A stretch of DNA of 64,000 nt. Source: Setoptus koraiensis (lineage: Eukaryota > Animalia > Arthropoda). Below, piece after piece: positions 62,701 through 64,000 of the stretch. The position numbers were made by a program, and so were the translations under genes. The notes below the pieces were generated by a model. It was not told the origin of the DNA. It saw nothing but the letters and a program-made list of their open reading frames with translations, and ran no database searches. The DNA lies in NCBI GenBank assembly GCA_048013815.1, contig CM106586.1, positions 13,330,001 to 13,394,000 on the forward strand. The letters are read 5' to 3'. Position 1 is the first letter of the stretch. Every line of letters starts with the position of its first letter.

Positions 62701-63099
62701 GAGCGGCCCACCGACCAAGGCCAAAGACTAAAGATATTTACATACTGTCGTTGTTCAACAGAATCTGTTGTGGGGCTCGCGCGGTGGCCAGCTCGCTGAC
62801 ATTTGCTCTGGACAGCTCGCTGTTGGTTGCCTGTTATGGCGAGGCTTTGTTGTGCTCGGGCACTGGTCATTTGCATATGAGTGCACACAACAACAAAAAG
62901 GCAACTCGCGCAGGCAAAATGTTACAATAAACAGTCTTTAGTTGTGTTATTTGCCTACTGTGCGCCACAACACCCGACAAAATATCATATCATCATCGCT
63001 TACGCCGGCAACATATTGCGCAACGTATGCCGCCGTCGTTGTGGTCGCGGCGGCGGTTGTTGTTGTTGTCGCTGTCGTCGTTGCCGTTGTCGCTGTTGT

Positions 63100-63132
<33 letters not shown>

Positions 63133-64000
63133 TGTTGATGTTGCGGCATCACGGTCCGATCGTGACGATCTATCGACTTAGTGACCCTCGCTGCGTGCTT
63201 GCAACATTCTGCAACGCGACAACCAAACCAAAACACCTACTACTGGCGCCCCAAAACGACGAGCCGCCCAGGCGACTAGATCAAGACTTTGCGCCATGTG
63301 CGCCGGCCCCAATGAGCCGTCGCGTCGATATAAATTCAGCTCGCTCGGCCTTACGAGTCCTAGGAGTTAGGACAGCCAGCGACAGATACAAAGTCAGCGA
63401 CACAGATAACCGGCAATAACAAATATCCCGCATATCCCATATCTCCCGCATATCACACATATCCCGTACATCAAACTGACGATGCTGTAGGCATCGAAAC
63501 TTTGACTTATGTGTACGCTACTGTGACGCGACTATTTTCCTACGCGGTTTGTTGCGACATAACAGATATGGAAACATAACTCATGCTCTATTTCATTGTT
63601 GGCATTGTTATTATAAATTTATCACCATTATGCAACCAGTCACAATGGCCCTCCATTCATATAACTGCTATGTAACCGCATAAATGAACGCAAACCGGGC
63701 CCCACATAAACCGCCGACGCACACATGACTAACTGCATGGAAAAACCATTTGCCGCTACTTCCTGTGCATAGCGACTGTACATACATACGTATATGCCAG
63801 CCCGATTGCATGCAATCCAATCGGATCCCCATGTATTTTTCTATTTTCATATAGAAATCACTCTAATTCTAATCATCCCCCGGCTCGCCTGTATCAATGG
63901 TCCGTACAATGACAAACCCACAAATGACTGTGCCCACGACAACAACACCCATGACAATTTGCAGTACCTGATAAAAGCGGGCCCAGCAACGGACCCAATG

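Larger units (their letters stand above)
39100..64000. promoter_or_regulatory. Large non-coding region downstream of the dei-like gene (regulatory or intronic)
   Basis: No recognisable ORF. The same bZIP motif enrichment continues, with many micro-duplications. It could belong to a neighbouring gene outside the window. Confidence 0.45.

Overview
Eukaryotic (arthropod) genomic DNA. The likeliest source is a compact-genome acariform, eriophyoid-like mite; this is inference from intronless housekeeping genes, a mite-type gustatory receptor, abundant CpG and pervasive CAA/CAG repeats. The first 13.6 kb is gene-dense: intronless SYF2 and COX19, a 4-exon gustatory receptor I reconstructed by hand, and an intronless 830-aa orphan secreted precursor on the minus strand. 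The other ~50 kb holds one confident gene, an intronless delilah/taxi-family bHLH inflated to ~1270 aa by polyQ/N. It lies in a non-coding landscape rich in C/EBP-PAR bZIP sites and CAGGTGA/CAGGTA E2-box sites. The most striking structure is a ~370-bp segment (19275-19646) copied in inverted orientation ~5 kb away (24224-24708). The copy sits between exact 25-bp direct repeats, has microhomology at both junctions and carries several repeat expansions. Alongside it are an excess of perfect 11-21-bp fold-back hairpins and many short tandem duplications, which together suggest a template-switching mutational regime. A ~0.9-kb non-autonomous hAT-like element lies at 40540-41451. I recognised no tRNA, rRNA, CRISPR array or known miRNA. 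All motif counts were made by eye.
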